A stretch of 64,000 bases of DNA from an uncultured Eggerthellaceae bacterium (GTDB lineage Bacteria; Actinomycetota; Coriobacteriia; Coriobacteriales; Eggerthellaceae), in NCBI GenBank assembly GCA_937892845.1, contig CALBGP010000031.1, forward strand, positions 9,357 to 73,356. The letters run 5' to 3'. Position 1 is the stretch's first letter. The number at the start of each line of letters is the position of its first letter. The notes beneath the pieces were generated by a model. It saw nothing but the letters and a program-made list of their open reading frames with translations. It did not search any database and had not been told where the DNA came from. The translations under genes were made by a program, and so were the position numbers. Of this stretch, positions 1-10,034 are shown one piece after another.

Positions 1-503
1 TGCACGCCGACAGCCACGCGCACACGCGGGATGGACGCCGTGCAGCCGCATCGGTACGACAGCATCTCATCTGAAGTGGGCGCCTCGGGCAGGGGCGTGC
101 CGGCAGCAGCCATGTCCGCACGGTGCTCCCCGAGCGCACGGCGCGTGCCCTCGAACACATCGGGCAGAAGGCGCATGGCGCCCGCCAGCCATTCGGGCAG
201 ATTCTCATAGACCGCCGCACCGTCTTCGGCAGGCTCAGCCACGGTGCAGATGAAATCCATCCCCATGACTGCGCAGCGAGCCAGCGAAAGCGCAGGGTCG
301 GCCATCAAGTCAAGATGCGCATGGGAATCAGCTACAGGAGCCTCAAGCGACGGATCGGGCGAAGGCACCAGCTCGAAGCCACGCTTGCGCTGGCGTCTGA
401 AAAGAGCATCGCAGAAGGAGACCTCCTGCGATGCTTCGGCGAATCTGGTCTGCGCGGATCCTGCAGCCCCTGCGGAAACTGCAACGGAAGCGTTCTTCTC
501 CAC
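1..503 (-). CDS. TatD-family metal-dependent hydrolase, N-terminal part (open at the left window edge)
   Basis: My translation of the reverse strand, with the frame set by GTG at 503-501 (11 nt after the metG stop), reads ...PVADSHAHLDLMADP...IPRVRVAVGV. That is the TatD/YabD HxH metal motif. metG-tatD is a common synteny. The ORF is absent from the track because it runs off the edge. The start codon is uncertain. Confidence 0.6.
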   Translation of the reverse strand, partial: MEKNASVAVSAGAAGSAQTRFAEASQEVSFCDALFRRQRKRGFELVPSPDPSLEAPVADSHAHLDLMADPALSLARCAVMGMDFICTVAEPAEDGAAVYENLPEWLAGAMRLLPDVFEGTRRALGEHRADMAAAGTPLPEAPTSDEMLSYRCGCTASIPRVRVAVGV

Positions 504-514
504 GGGTGCCGTCC

Positions 515-2098
515 CTACAGCTCGATATCTTTCACGTCAAGGCGCGGGAACAGCGGATCGCCCTTCTCGACCGCGTTGCCGGCGGGCAGCTGGCCCCATG
601 CAGCAGCGGATTCGATATCGGTGACGGCGGTCACATCGCCCAGGCTCAGACGACGGAAAACCTCAGCAGAGGTGTTCGGCATGAACGGGGCGAAGAACAG
701 GGCCAGGATGCGGCAGGCTTCCAGCGCGTTGTAGAGGACGGCGGCCAGCTCGGCGCGGGTTTCCTCGGACTTGGCCAGGTTCCACGGAGCGCTTTCCTCG
801 ACGTAGAGATTGACGCGGCTGGCAAGCTCCTGCGCAGCCTCGACAGCTCCCGTGAAGTCGACCTGCTCCATGCAGGCATCGTAGCGGGCATACAGGCCGC
901 ACGCGATGTCCTTGAGCGGATTGGGCTCATCTGCCAGCTCGGCGGGAACCTCGGGCACCTTGCCTTCGAAATACTTGCCCACCATGTTGAATACGCGGCT
1001 GCACAGGTTGCCCCACGTATTTGCCAGGTCGGCGTTGTAGACCTGCGTCATACGCTCGATGGAGATATTGCCATCGGCACCGAAGCGCACGTCAGACAGG
1101 AAGTAATAGCGGTATGCGTCAACGCCGAAGACGTTCACCAAGTCGGCGGGCTTGATGCCGTTGCCCTTGGATTTGCTCATCTTCTCGCCACCCACCATGA
1201 GGAAGCCGTGACCGAAGACGGTATGTGCAACGGGCAGACCGGCAGCCATGAGCATAGCGGGCCAGATCACGCAGTGGAAACGGGTGATGTCCTTGCCCAC
1301 GAAGTGGTAGCGCATGGGCCAACGAGATTCGAATTCGCCCGCACGGTCGGTGTCATTGCCGTATCCGATGCCGGTGAGGTACGCCAGCAAAGCATCGGCC
1401 CAGACGTAGCACACGTGTCCTTCGTCAAACGGCAGCGGAATGCCCCAGTCGAAGGTGGAACGGCTGATGGAGAGGTCTTTCAGACCGCTTTCCACAAACG
1501 TCACGATCTCATTGCGGCGCGTCTCGGGACGGATGAAATCAGGATGCGAAGCGTAGAAGTCAAGCAGGGGCTGCTGGAACTCGGAGAGCTTGAAGAACCA
1601 ATTCTCCTCACCGGAGGCCATCATCTGCACAGGGCGTTTGCAGTCAGGGCACACAAAGCGGCCCTCTTCGTCCTTGAGCAGGTCGCTTTCAGCGTAATAG
1701 GTCTCCTCGTGGACGCAGTACCAGCCCTCGTAGCTTCCCTTGTACAGGTAGCCCTTCTCATACAGGTCGTTCCAGAATTTCTTCACCGTCTCAGCATGGC
1801 GCGGCTCGGTGGTGCGCACGAAGTCGGTGTAGGTGATGTCGAGCATGTTCCAGGCTTCTTTGAATGCCGGCTCAAGGCTGTCGCACCATTCCTGCGGGGT
1901 CATGCCGTTCTTCTCGGCGGTTTCGGCAACCTTCTGGCCGTGCTCATCCAAGCCGGTGACGAAAGCCACGTCGTAACCGTTCATGCGCTGGTAGCGGGCC
2001 ACGGCGTCTGCGGCGATGGTGGTGTACGCGGTACCCAGATGAGGGGCGGCGTTCACATAGTAGATAGGGGTGGTAAACGAATAGGTTCCCTTAGACAT
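515..2098 (-). CDS. metG: Methionine--tRNA ligase, short form without the C-terminal tRNA-binding domain
   Basis: 527-aa ORF with a HIGH-type motif (AAPHLGTAYT), KMSKS (GGEKMSKSKGNG) and a CPDC zinc knuckle. The opposite-strand 613-aa ORF is a shadow. Confidence 0.95.
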   Translation of the reverse strand: MSKGTYSFTTPIYYVNAAPHLGTAYTTIAADAVARYQRMNGYDVAFVTGLDEHGQKVAETAEKNGMTPQEWCDSLEPAFKEAWNMLDITYTDFVRTTEPRHAETVKKFWNDLYEKGYLYKGSYEGWYCVHEETYYAESDLLKDEEGRFVCPDCKRPVQMMASGEENWFFKLSEFQQPLLDFYASHPDFIRPETRRNEIVTFVESGLKDLSISRSTFDWGIPLPFDEGHVCYVWADALLAYLTGIGYGNDTDRAGEFESRWPMRYHFVGKDITRFHCVIWPAMLMAAGLPVAHTVFGHGFLMVGGEKMSKSKGNGIKPADLVNVFGVDAYRYYFLSDVRFGADGNISIERMTQVYNADLANTWGNLCSRVFNMVGKYFEGKVPEVPAELADEPNPLKDIACGLYARYDACMEQVDFTGAVEAAQELASRVNLYVEESAPWNLAKSEETRAELAAVLYNALEACRILALFFAPFMPNTSAEVFRRLSLGDVTAVTDIESAAAWGQLPAGNAVEKGDPLFPRLDVKDIEL

Positions 2099-2247
2099 GA
2101 GTCCTCTTCCTTGCCTTCGGCGACGAATGATGCCGCCTTGGGCGACCTTCCGGACACACGAATGGGCGCGCCCGGGATGTATAGATGCCGCAGTATTCTA
2201 CCATGGAATGACAATGAGTCCCCCGAGCGCTATCATCGTGCTCATCC

Positions 2248-4428
2248 ATGCACGAATGGGAGCACCACGTGATCGACCGTCTTATACATGCCATCCTTTC
2301 ACACCGCAAAGCGGTGGTTGCGACGTTTTTGATTGCAGCCCTGGTTTCGGCAGCGTGCATCCCCTTCGTCAAGACGAATTACGACCTGGCAGACTACCTG
2401 CCGCCTTCGGCCCAGTCCACCACGGCGGTGCAGATCATGTCGGAGAATTTCGACCAGGCGATCCCCAACGCCAATGTCATGGTCGAAAACGTGACCATCG
2501 CCCAAGCCCTTGAAATCAAAGCGGACATATCGAAGATAGACGGCGTGGAAGGCGTGCTGTGGCTCGATGACGTAGCCGATATCACGCAGCCCCTCGAAAT
2601 GCTGGACCCGACATTCACCGACACGTACTACCACGCGGGCAATGGCGGAGCAGGAACTGCGTTGTTCCAGGTCAGCGTGGCAGAAGGAAGCGAGAAGGAC
2701 GCCATCGCCCAACTGCGCGCGCTCGTGGATGCACCGGGGCGGCAAGGGGCGGTTTCGGGCGAAGCCATGGACACGGCCCAAATGCAGCTGAGCATGGTCG
2801 ACCAGGTGGGCAAAGCCGTCATGATCGTGGTGCCTACCATCGTGCTTCTCCTGATTCTGTCCACCATGTCCTGGATTGAGCCTGTGCTGTTTCTGGCCGC
2901 CATCGGCGTGTCCATCCTCATCAACATGGGAACGAACCTCATCTTCCCCGACGTCTCCTTCGTCACCTACTCGGTAAGCCCCATCCTCCAGCTGGCCGTT
3001 TCTCTTGACTACGCCATCTTCCTTCTGCACGCCTTCGCGGCGGAGCGGCGGCGAACCGATGACCTGGAGCTTGCCATGGCGCGCGCCATGCGCTCCTCAG
3101 CGGCGACGGTTGCCGCCAGCGCCACCACCACGCTGTTCGGATTCGCAGCGTTGGCATTCATGCAATTCCAGATCGGCGCGGATTTGGGCCTGAATCTGGT
3201 CAAGGGCATTGCGCTATCCTTCATCACCGTCATGGTGTTTCTGCCTGCCTTGACCATGATCATGGTCAAACTCATAGACCGCACCACGCACCGCCGCCTC
3301 ATGCCCTCCTTCGAGCGCGTGGGGTCGGTCTTGGGCAAGCTGCGCGTCCCCACCCTGCTTCTGATCTGCGTTCTTGTGGTCCCCGCGTTTCTGGGCCAGG
3401 CGCACACCGCATTCACCTACCAGAACAACGTTGCGGACCCCAACCTGCGAGCAGGGGCCGACACCCTTGCGGTCCAAGAGGAATTCGGCCAGCAGAACGC
3501 CATGGTGGTGCTTGTCGAGCAGGGCAACCCCGCAGCCGAAGCCGCGCTTGCGCATGACCTGGGCGAATTGGACAACGTGAAATCCGTCATGTCGTTTCCC
3601 ACCACTGTGGGAACGGGCATCCCCAGCGAATTTTTGGACGAAAGCATCACCGCGCAGTTCTACTCGGGCGGCTGGGCGCGCATCATAGCCTATCTTGACA
3701 CCGACGTTGAAAGCGATGAGGCCTTCGCCACCGTCGAAACCGTATCCAACGCCGCCGCGCGTCACTTCGACACCTTCTACACGGCAGGGCAGTCGGCGAA
3801 CCTCTATGACATGAAGAACATCGTCGCCGTGGACAACATAGTGGTAAGCCTCATGGCCGTCATCTGCATTTTCCTGGTGGTGATGATCACATTCCGCTCA
3901 CTCGCAATTCCGGTGGCGCTGCTTTTGACCATCGAATCGGGCATCTGGATCAACCTCTCCATCCCCTATTTCATGGGCGAGCACGTCAACTTCATCGGAT
4001 ACCTGGTCATAAACACCGTGCAGCTGGGCGCCACCATTGACTACGGCATCCTGCTGACTACCCACTACCTGCGGTGGCGAAAGCAGGTACCTGCGCGCGA
4101 AGCCGTTCACCGGGCGCTGGGGGAAACCTTCCCGTCGCTTCTTGTCAGCGCCGGCATCCTGGCCACTGCCGGATTCGCACTCTACGCATCTTCGGCCATC
4201 GCCGCCGTCTCAAGCCTGGGCATGCTGCTCGCACGCGGTGCGCTCATATCGTTGGCGCTGGTCACTTGTCTGCTTCCCGCGCTGCTTGTCTACGGCGACG
4301 GCATCATCCGCCGTCTGACATGGCGCCCGGGATTCGCGTCCGCCCGCAAAGCTTCCGGCGACAAGGATGCATCCCTTGCGCCATCGCGCTCCGCAACTGA
4401 ACCATCAGGAGAACCCCATGAACGCTAG
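2248..4428 (+). CDS. MMPL/RND-superfamily membrane transporter
   Basis: 726 aa with two repeated halves, each a soluble loop followed by a hydrophobic helix bundle. Resembles YdfJ/MmpL-type exporters. The start (ATG 2248) is not verified. Confidence 0.85.
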   Translation: MHEWEHHVIDRLIHAILSHRKAVVATFLIAALVSAACIPFVKTNYDLADYLPPSAQSTTAVQIMSENFDQAIPNANVMVENVTIAQALEIKADISKIDGVEGVLWLDDVADITQPLEMLDPTFTDTYYHAGNGGAGTALFQVSVAEGSEKDAIAQLRALVDAPGRQGAVSGEAMDTAQMQLSMVDQVGKAVMIVVPTIVLLLILSTMSWIEPVLFLAAIGVSILINMGTNLIFPDVSFVTYSVSPILQLAVSLDYAIFLLHAFAAERRRTDDLELAMARAMRSSAATVAASATTTLFGFAALAFMQFQIGADLGLNLVKGIALSFITVMVFLPALTMIMVKLIDRTTHRRLMPSFERVGSVLGKLRVPTLLLICVLVVPAFLGQAHTAFTYQNNVADPNLRAGADTLAVQEEFGQQNAMVVLVEQGNPAAEAALAHDLGELDNVKSVMSFPTTVGTGIPSEFLDESITAQFYSGGWARIIAYLDTDVESDEAFATVETVSNAAARHFDTFYTAGQSANLYDMKNIVAVDNIVVSLMAVICIFLVVMITFRSLAIPVALLLTIESGIWINLSIPYFMGEHVNFIGYLVINTVQLGATIDYGILLTTHYLRWRKQVPAREAVHRALGETFPSLLVSAGILATAGFALYASSAIAAVSSLGMLLARGALISLALVTCLLPALLVYGDGIIRRLTWRPGFASARKASGDKDASLAPSRSATEPSGEPHER

Positions 4429-6286
4429 AACCGCCGCATGCCGCACCCTGCTTGCCGCCGCTTTCGCTTTGAGCATCGCAGCCGGATCCGCCCTGTCTTT
4501 GGGCGGCTGCTCTGCGGGCACAGACCCCGAGCCCGAAAACGCCGGATCCGCAACGCAGGCATCTGCCGAAGGCGCACCCGCAACCGCTTCAGGCGATGCG
4601 TCCTACGAGAAGGCCGAAGTCATCTATGCCACGCTTGACAGCATGGGCGCGGTCGAATCCGTCTACACCGTCAACCGCTTCGACGTGAAAACACCCGGCA
4701 CCATCATCGACCGCGGACAATACGGCTCCGTTGCGGCCTTGTCCGAAACGGGCCAGGTGACGGCAAACGGGGAATCCGTCAACATCGATGCAGACGAAGG
4801 TGTGTTCTACTACCAAGGCGATGCGGGGGCAATAGACCTGCCCTGGAAGGTATCTTTCGGCTACAAGCTCAACGGACGTGACGTTTCCCCTGATGAGCTT
4901 GGCGGCGCGTCAGGGTCGCTGGAAATCTCCATCGACACGAAGCGCAACGACGCCGTAAGCGAATCGGCATTCTACGACAGTTTCATGCTGCAGATCACGC
5001 TCAGCATGCCCACGTCCTCCGCCAGCGACATCAAGGCTGAAGGCGCCACGATCGCCACAGCGGGCAAGAACACCACCGCCGCCTTCGCCGTGCTTCCCGG
5101 CCACGATGCGCACCTTACGTTGAGCGCGAACGTCGAAGACTTCACCATGGACGGCATCCAGATTGCGGCGCTGCCGTATTCGCAGGCCATGGAGATGCCC
5201 GACACCTCTGAATTGACAAGCGGGATGGAAACCCTGTCCGCAGGAGTGGCCGGACTTGCCGGCGGTGCGGCGCAGTTGGCAAGCGGCGCGACGCAGCTGG
5301 CCGCAGGTTCATCCGAATTCGGAAGCGGACTTGAAACGCTCGCCGCATCGGGAGACCAGCTCATAGAGGCATCGAGTCAGATGTCCGAAGCCCTCCAGGC
5401 CGTATCCGACGCTTTGGGCAAGATAGACCTTGACCAGGACATCTCCAGCCAGATATCGCAACTGCCCGCCATCCTGCGTCAAGCGGCCGACGCCCTTGAA
5501 GCGCAGGCGTCAACCGCCCATGACGTGTGGGTGGCATTTGAGCAGGCTCGAAGCGCACTCGGCGCAGCCATGGAGACGCTCAGGTCGGATTTGGTGCTCG
5601 ATGACGCCCAGATAGAGGCCGCCCTGGCACAGGTCGAAGACACCGACGCGTACGCAACCGTCCAGACGTTGGCCCGATCCTATGCGGATGCCCGCGCCGT
5701 CATCGCGGCATATGACGGGACTTCGTCCGCCTTCGCCGAAGCGGCCGCACTGCTGGAATCCATCGGCGGGGATGACGCGCTTGCCACCGCACAAGCCCAA
5801 GCCGCATTGATGCGCGAAGCCGCAGACCTGCTTGAAGCGGGCGGGGATGAATCGCTCGCTGCGAAGCTGCAGGAGCTCATCAGCGGGTTGTCCCAGATGG
5901 CAGGGCAGTTCGCCGCCTTCCATGACGGCGTGGCCCAGTTCGCAGACGGCGTGGACCGTCTCTCAGAGAGCTATTCCGGGCTGGAAGAGGGAACCGGGGA
6001 GCTTGCCGCAGGTGCGACTGCGCTCAGCCAGGGTCTTGGCGCCCTCTCGGCATCGGTCGCCCTGATTCCGCAGGCAATATCGACGCAGATAGATGCCATG
6101 CTGAATGACTTCACCTTCCCTGCTTTCGAGCCCGTGTCCTTCATGTCCCCTGACAATCAGCACGTGACGCAAGTCCAGTTCGTCATGGCGACTCCGGCGA
6201 TCAAGGCGCCCGACACCCCCGATGAGCCCGATGCCGAACAACCCGAGCCCACCATCTTTGACCGGGTGATTGCACTGTTCGAATAA
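4418..6286 (+). CDS. Lipoprotein with a YhgE/Pip-like Ala/Gly/Gln-rich coiled-coil repeat region
   Basis: AGGAGA lies 5 nt before ATG 4418. Signal peptide plus lipobox (SLGGC). Has LAGGAAQLASGATQLAAGSSEFGSGLETL-type repeats typical of YhgE/Pip N-domains. No C-terminal TM bundle. Overlaps the MMPL stop by 11 nt. Confidence 0.6.
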   Translation: MNARTAACRTLLAAAFALSIAAGSALSLGGCSAGTDPEPENAGSATQASAEGAPATASGDASYEKAEVIYATLDSMGAVESVYTVNRFDVKTPGTIIDRGQYGSVAALSETGQVTANGESVNIDADEGVFYYQGDAGAIDLPWKVSFGYKLNGRDVSPDELGGASGSLEISIDTKRNDAVSESAFYDSFMLQITLSMPTSSASDIKAEGATIATAGKNTTAAFAVLPGHDAHLTLSANVEDFTMDGIQIAALPYSQAMEMPDTSELTSGMETLSAGVAGLAGGAAQLASGATQLAAGSSEFGSGLETLAASGDQLIEASSQMSEALQAVSDALGKIDLDQDISSQISQLPAILRQAADALEAQASTAHDVWVAFEQARSALGAAMETLRSDLVLDDAQIEAALAQVEDTDAYATVQTLARSYADARAVIAAYDGTSSAFAEAAALLESIGGDDALATAQAQAALMREAADLLEAGGDESLAAKLQELISGLSQMAGQFAAFHDGVAQFADGVDRLSESYSGLEEGTGELAAGATALSQGLGALSASVALIPQAISTQIDAMLNDFTFPAFEPVSFMSPDNQHVTQVQFVMATPAIKAPDTPDEPDAEQPEPTIFDRVIALFE

Positions 6287-6348
6287 CGCGGCCGGAGCGC
6301 GGCGGTCAACTCGAAATCCCGACCAGCGCAAAACCATGTCGGAGCAAA

Positions 6349-6390
6349 CCGGCTGCGGCATGCGCACATCCGCGCGTCAGCCGCAGCCGG
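6349..6390. terminator. Hairpin between convergent genes (CCGGCTGCGGC / GCCGCAGCCGG, 20-nt loop)
   Basis: Perfect 11-bp inverted repeat read directly from the sequence. No clear T-run. Confidence 0.35.
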
Positions 6391-6401
6391 CATAGAGCAT
6401 C

Positions 6402-7625
6402 CTAGAATGCAGACAGATAGATTGCTTTCGCGTCTTCGCAGGTCAGCTTCTTGAACGCGCCGAAAACCTCACCCTTGTTCGCCTTGAGCGGGGGCAGAAG
6501 CGCATCGATATCATCCGGCGTGATGCCGAATTCGCCGAGCTTTTCAGGCATGCCCAGCGACATGAAGAAGGCCTGCAGCTCATCGATTGCCGCCAGCACC
6601 GCATCCTCCACGGCCGTCTCCTGGTCGGTGAAGCCTTCGTCTCCCTCTTCAAGGGGCTCGATGCCGAAGAGGTCATGCGCGAAGGACAGAAAACGCTGCG
6701 GATCCTCGCGCCACACATAGCGCATCCATGCGGGCATGACCACCGCAAGACCCGCACCGTGCGTGATGGACGTGTCGAAGGCGGAAAGCTCATGCTCGAG
6801 CGCGTGGCTGGACCAGTCTCCCACGCGCGCCGCCGTCAGACCGCGCCCGATGCCCGCAATGCCATTGTGGGCAAGCATGCCCGCCCACATGATATTCGCG
6901 CGCGCATCGTAGTTCTCCGGGTCCTCCATGACGATGGGAGCTTCCTCCATGATGGCGGAGATGAGCCCCAGCGCAATGTTGTCGGTAACGGGAACGGCGC
7001 CCACGCCGCTGAAGTAGCGCTCAAGGATGTGGGCGATCATGTCCGTCACACCTGCAGCCGTCTGATACGGCGGCAAAGTGAAGGTGAGCTCAGGATCGAA
7101 GAAAGCCATCACCGGGCGGAACCTGTCGGAATTCACGCCCGTCTTGCGTCCTTCGGCATCATTGCTGATCACGCAAGAATCCGATGCCTCGGAGCCCGCA
7201 GCGGGGATGGTGAGGACGCAGGCAACGGGCAGGCATTGGCCCACCGTGGCGCGCTTCTCGAAGAAATCCCACACGTTTCCCTCGTGGAACACGCCGAACG
7301 ACACGGCTTTCGCGCAGTCGATGACCGATCCGCCGCCCACGGCCAACACCAAATCGACACCGCGCTCCCGGGCAATGGCAATGCCCTCGCGCACGCTGGT
7401 CACCTCGGGATTCGGGCGGACGCCGCCAAGCTCGAAGCTGGCAACCCCCGCAGCCTCAAGGGAAGCCTTCACGCGGTCAAGCGTTCCGCTGCGCACAACC
7501 GAGCCGCGACCGTATACGAGCAGCGCCTTGCGGTACCCGGCGGCGGCCAGCTGCTCGCCGACGGAATCCGTGACTCCGCGTCCGAAAACGAACTTCGTCG
7601 GGGAAAGGAAAGTGAAGTCATTCAT
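6402..7625 (-). CDS. Iron-containing (group III) alcohol dehydrogenase
   Basis: GGGSVIDCAKAV motif and His-rich metal site (HALEHELS). AGGAG precedes the ATG at 7625. The track ORF start at 7640 has been trimmed. Confidence 0.9.
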   Translation of the reverse strand: MNDFTFLSPTKFVFGRGVTDSVGEQLAAAGYRKALLVYGRGSVVRSGTLDRVKASLEAAGVASFELGGVRPNPEVTSVREGIAIARERGVDLVLAVGGGSVIDCAKAVSFGVFHEGNVWDFFEKRATVGQCLPVACVLTIPAAGSEASDSCVISNDAEGRKTGVNSDRFRPVMAFFDPELTFTLPPYQTAAGVTDMIAHILERYFSGVGAVPVTDNIALGLISAIMEEAPIVMEDPENYDARANIMWAGMLAHNGIAGIGRGLTAARVGDWSSHALEHELSAFDTSITHGAGLAVVMPAWMRYVWREDPQRFLSFAHDLFGIEPLEEGDEGFTDQETAVEDAVLAAIDELQAFFMSLGMPEKLGEFGITPDDIDALLPPLKANKGEVFGAFKKLTCEDAKAIYLSAF

Positions 7626-7711
7626 GTAAGCTCCTATCATCAGGCCTTTCGGCTTCTCACCCTATTTCAGCCGCACCGCGGTCCACGCTGAACCCCGGGC
7701 GCGCGGCCTTG

Positions 7712-8569
7712 CTACCGAGCCCCATGCACCAGGTCGTAGGCCTCGTTGCGCGAAATACCGTACTCACGGCGAAGAACCGCAACCGCATCTTTTTTCGAAC
7801 ACGCCCCGTCTGCCAGAAGCTGGGCGGCACGGTCTGCCGCCGCCAAACGCGCAACCTCTTCGGCACCCGCCCGTTCGGCTTCGGTGGCGGGTCCTATCAC
7901 GAATGCGATTTCGCCCTTGATTCCGCCTTCGGCATCACGCTGCGCAAACCGCTGCGCCACCTGGGGTGCAGACGCCCGCACAACCTCTTCGTAGCGCTTC
8001 GTGAGCTCACGGCATACGGCAACCTCGCGATTCGGCAAGACTTCAGCCACGACAGCAAGCGCGTCCGCCAGCCTGTGCGGGCTCTCATAGAACACCAGCA
8101 CGGCATCCAAGCCGCTCAAGGCTTCAAGCACCGCCCGGCGCTCACCGTCTTTACGCGGGAAGAACCCGGCGAAGTGAAACGAAGGATTGTTGAATCCCGC
8201 AGCCACATACGCTGTGGATGCCGCACATGCCCCGGGAAGAACCTCCACCGCGCCACCTGCAGCGCGCACCGTCTCAACCAGACGCAATCCGGGATCGGAG
8301 ACGCCGGGCGTACCCGCATCAGAGCAGTACACCACACGCTGCCCCTCTTCGATCCTGCGCACGACACCCGCCGCAGACGCCATATTGATGGATGCCTCGT
8401 CAAGCCTCATCAGGCTTTTCTCAATCCCGAAATGCGCGAGCAGCTTGCCTGTCACGCGCGTATCTTCGGCGCAGACGACATCAGCGGCGCGCAGCTCTTC
8501 AAGGGCGCGCAGCGTCATATCGCCCAGATTGCCGATGGGTGTGGGGCAGATGACCAGTTTTCCAGACAT
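7712..8569 (-). CDS. rsmI: 16S rRNA (cytidine1402-2'-O)-methyltransferase
   Basis: N-terminus LVICPTPIGNLGDMTLRALEELRAADVVCAEDTR is the RsmI tetrapyrrole-methylase-fold signature. Start chosen at MSGKLV (8569). The track ORF extends to 8764. Confidence 0.9.
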   Translation of the reverse strand: MSGKLVICPTPIGNLGDMTLRALEELRAADVVCAEDTRVTGKLLAHFGIEKSLMRLDEASINMASAAGVVRRIEEGQRVVYCSDAGTPGVSDPGLRLVETVRAAGGAVEVLPGACAASTAYVAAGFNNPSFHFAGFFPRKDGERRAVLEALSGLDAVLVFYESPHRLADALAVVAEVLPNREVAVCRELTKRYEEVVRASAPQVAQRFAQRDAEGGIKGEIAFVIGPATEAERAGAEEVARLAAADRAAQLLADGACSKKDAVAVLRREYGISRNEAYDLVHGAR

Positions 8570-8770
8570 TGCAGCGCCGTCTCCTTTCCGCATGCATGCG
8601 ATGGCGCCCTCGTTTGACCGAATCATTCTACTACGGAACCCATCCGTCATCTCAAGCCGCCGAGGATAAGCGCGGGCAAACCATCCGGATGCGGACGGCC
8701 CCGCCAACCGCAGCATCGACAATCCGGCCCAGCCATTGAAGCCCCTCCAGAAACGCCCTGACAAAGAGGA

Positions 8771-8801
8771 GGTCCCGGCCGAAGCAAATCCGACCGGGAC
8801 C
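8771..8801 (-). terminator. Hairpin downstream of the membrane-protein gene (GGTCCCGG...CCGGGACC)
   Basis: 8-bp perfect stem plus 2 further pairs. On the minus strand it is followed by CTCCTCTTTG. Confidence 0.4.
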
Positions 8802-8845
8802 TCACACGGATCTGGAGAACAGATACGTGATGCGAACGATTCAGC

Positions 8846-9862
8846 CTACTCTGTCATCTTGCGGACACGGCCTTTCTCGTCCCACACAGCCGCATAGCCG
8901 CCGGCGATGAGACGATCGAGCGCCGCCTGCTCCTGACCTTCGGGAACATCGATGCTCTCAAGGTAGACACGCTGGAACTTGGGGTTGTCATAGTAGAGCT
9001 CGGTCTTGAAGGGATTGCGCTTCTTGCCGAAGATGGTGTACATCTGGTAAACGAACACACCAATGTTGAACAGCAGTGCGATAACCGAAATGGTCATGTG
9101 CGCCGCGGGGCTGTTGGTGGAATGCACCACGAAAGCGGGATGCAGATAGAACCACGGAATGGTCATGGTCACGATCATGTTCACGGCCAGCGTACGCACG
9201 CGGTGCTGGGCATAGGCGCCGCGCTTCATGAAAAACGCCGGGATGGTGCATGCCGCAAGGAGCACCAAGCCGCAGTACATGGAGCGATCGGAAACGCTGT
9301 TGTAGGTGTACGCGAAATTCCACAGGTCGTAACCTATGATCCAGAACCACAGCTGATCAGGCCAAACATAGTCCTTCTTCTTGCCGCGGCTGACAATGAT
9401 GCCGAAAAAGCCGCAAATGCAGATGGCGTTCAGGATGCCTGCGACGCCGTTGATCACGTTCCACGGACCACCGACCACCATATAGCCGTCGACGATGCCG
9501 TTGACGCCCGTGAGCTGGAAGTCGCGGATGCACGCCTCCAGGATGTTGATGGCGAAGATGATGGGCGGGATGCACACGATCCACTTCTTCTGGAAAGCCG
9601 GGAAGTAGACGATCAGCCATCCCAGAATGGCGCCCGCAAGGCAGGAGTACGTCTTGACCCACTGGAACCACGTTCCCGCACCCGTCCCTTCGACCGCCGT
9701 GTGCGGCCAGACGAAGACGGTGAGAACCAACGGAAGCGCTATGAACAAAACACCGCCCACCCATTTGTTCAGGCGGGACAACTCGTTCATCCCTATCAGG
9801 AAGACCAGATAGAGCACAACGCTCACACATGCCGTAGCCGACAACGGCTCATAGAAGAACAT
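8846..9862 (-). CDS. Uncharacterised multi-pass membrane protein (paralogue of 53583-54545)
   Basis: 338 aa, very hydrophobic. Shares long blocks with the second copy (GPWNVINGVAGILN, WFWIIGYDLWNFAYTYN, GTWFQWVKTYS). I cannot assign a named family. Confidence 0.75.
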   Translation of the reverse strand: MFFYEPLSATACVSVVLYLVFLIGMNELSRLNKWVGGVLFIALPLVLTVFVWPHTAVEGTGAGTWFQWVKTYSCLAGAILGWLIVYFPAFQKKWIVCIPPIIFAINILEACIRDFQLTGVNGIVDGYMVVGGPWNVINGVAGILNAICICGFFGIIVSRGKKKDYVWPDQLWFWIIGYDLWNFAYTYNSVSDRSMYCGLVLLAACTIPAFFMKRGAYAQHRVRTLAVNMIVTMTIPWFYLHPAFVVHSTNSPAAHMTISVIALLFNIGVFVYQMYTIFGKKRNPFKTELYYDNPKFQRVYLESIDVPEGQEQAALDRLIAGGYAAVWDEKGRVRKMTE

Positions 9863-10034
9863 GCGAACACCCCCTCATACCGATTTTTACGATATGGCCG
9901 AACTGTAGCAGGCACGGGAAGGTCGGTTTCGACGATTGAACCTTGAAACGTCAACGGCAAGGCGTTACACGACGGGTATGATATGGAGCCGACCGCACAC
10001 GCCGCATCAGATGGAAAAGGGGAAGTAGCAATCC

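Noticed and set aside
431-2272. 613-aa ORF on the plus strand, opposite metG.
   Set aside because: Shadow ORF of a G+C-rich gene. It is rich in Arg, Gly, Ala, His and Val with no recognisable motifs, and the opposite strand encodes an unmistakable MetRS. The same reasoning applies to 12573-15584, 19174-21894, 29124-30824, 31354-32952, 36559-38970, 52110-53462, 53748-55367, 56232-57482 and the 60333-61904 part of the 935-aa ORF.
7712-8764. Long N-terminal extensions in track ORFs: rsmI to 8764, agcS to 19338 and 22059, glnN to 61667, argS to 39006, moaC to 48163, mobBA to 58468, and TetR to 55532.
   Set aside because: The homologous protein N-termini begin at internal Met, GTG or TTG codons preceded by good Shine-Dalgarno sequences. 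The extensions are Arg/Gly/Pro-rich with no counterpart in the families.
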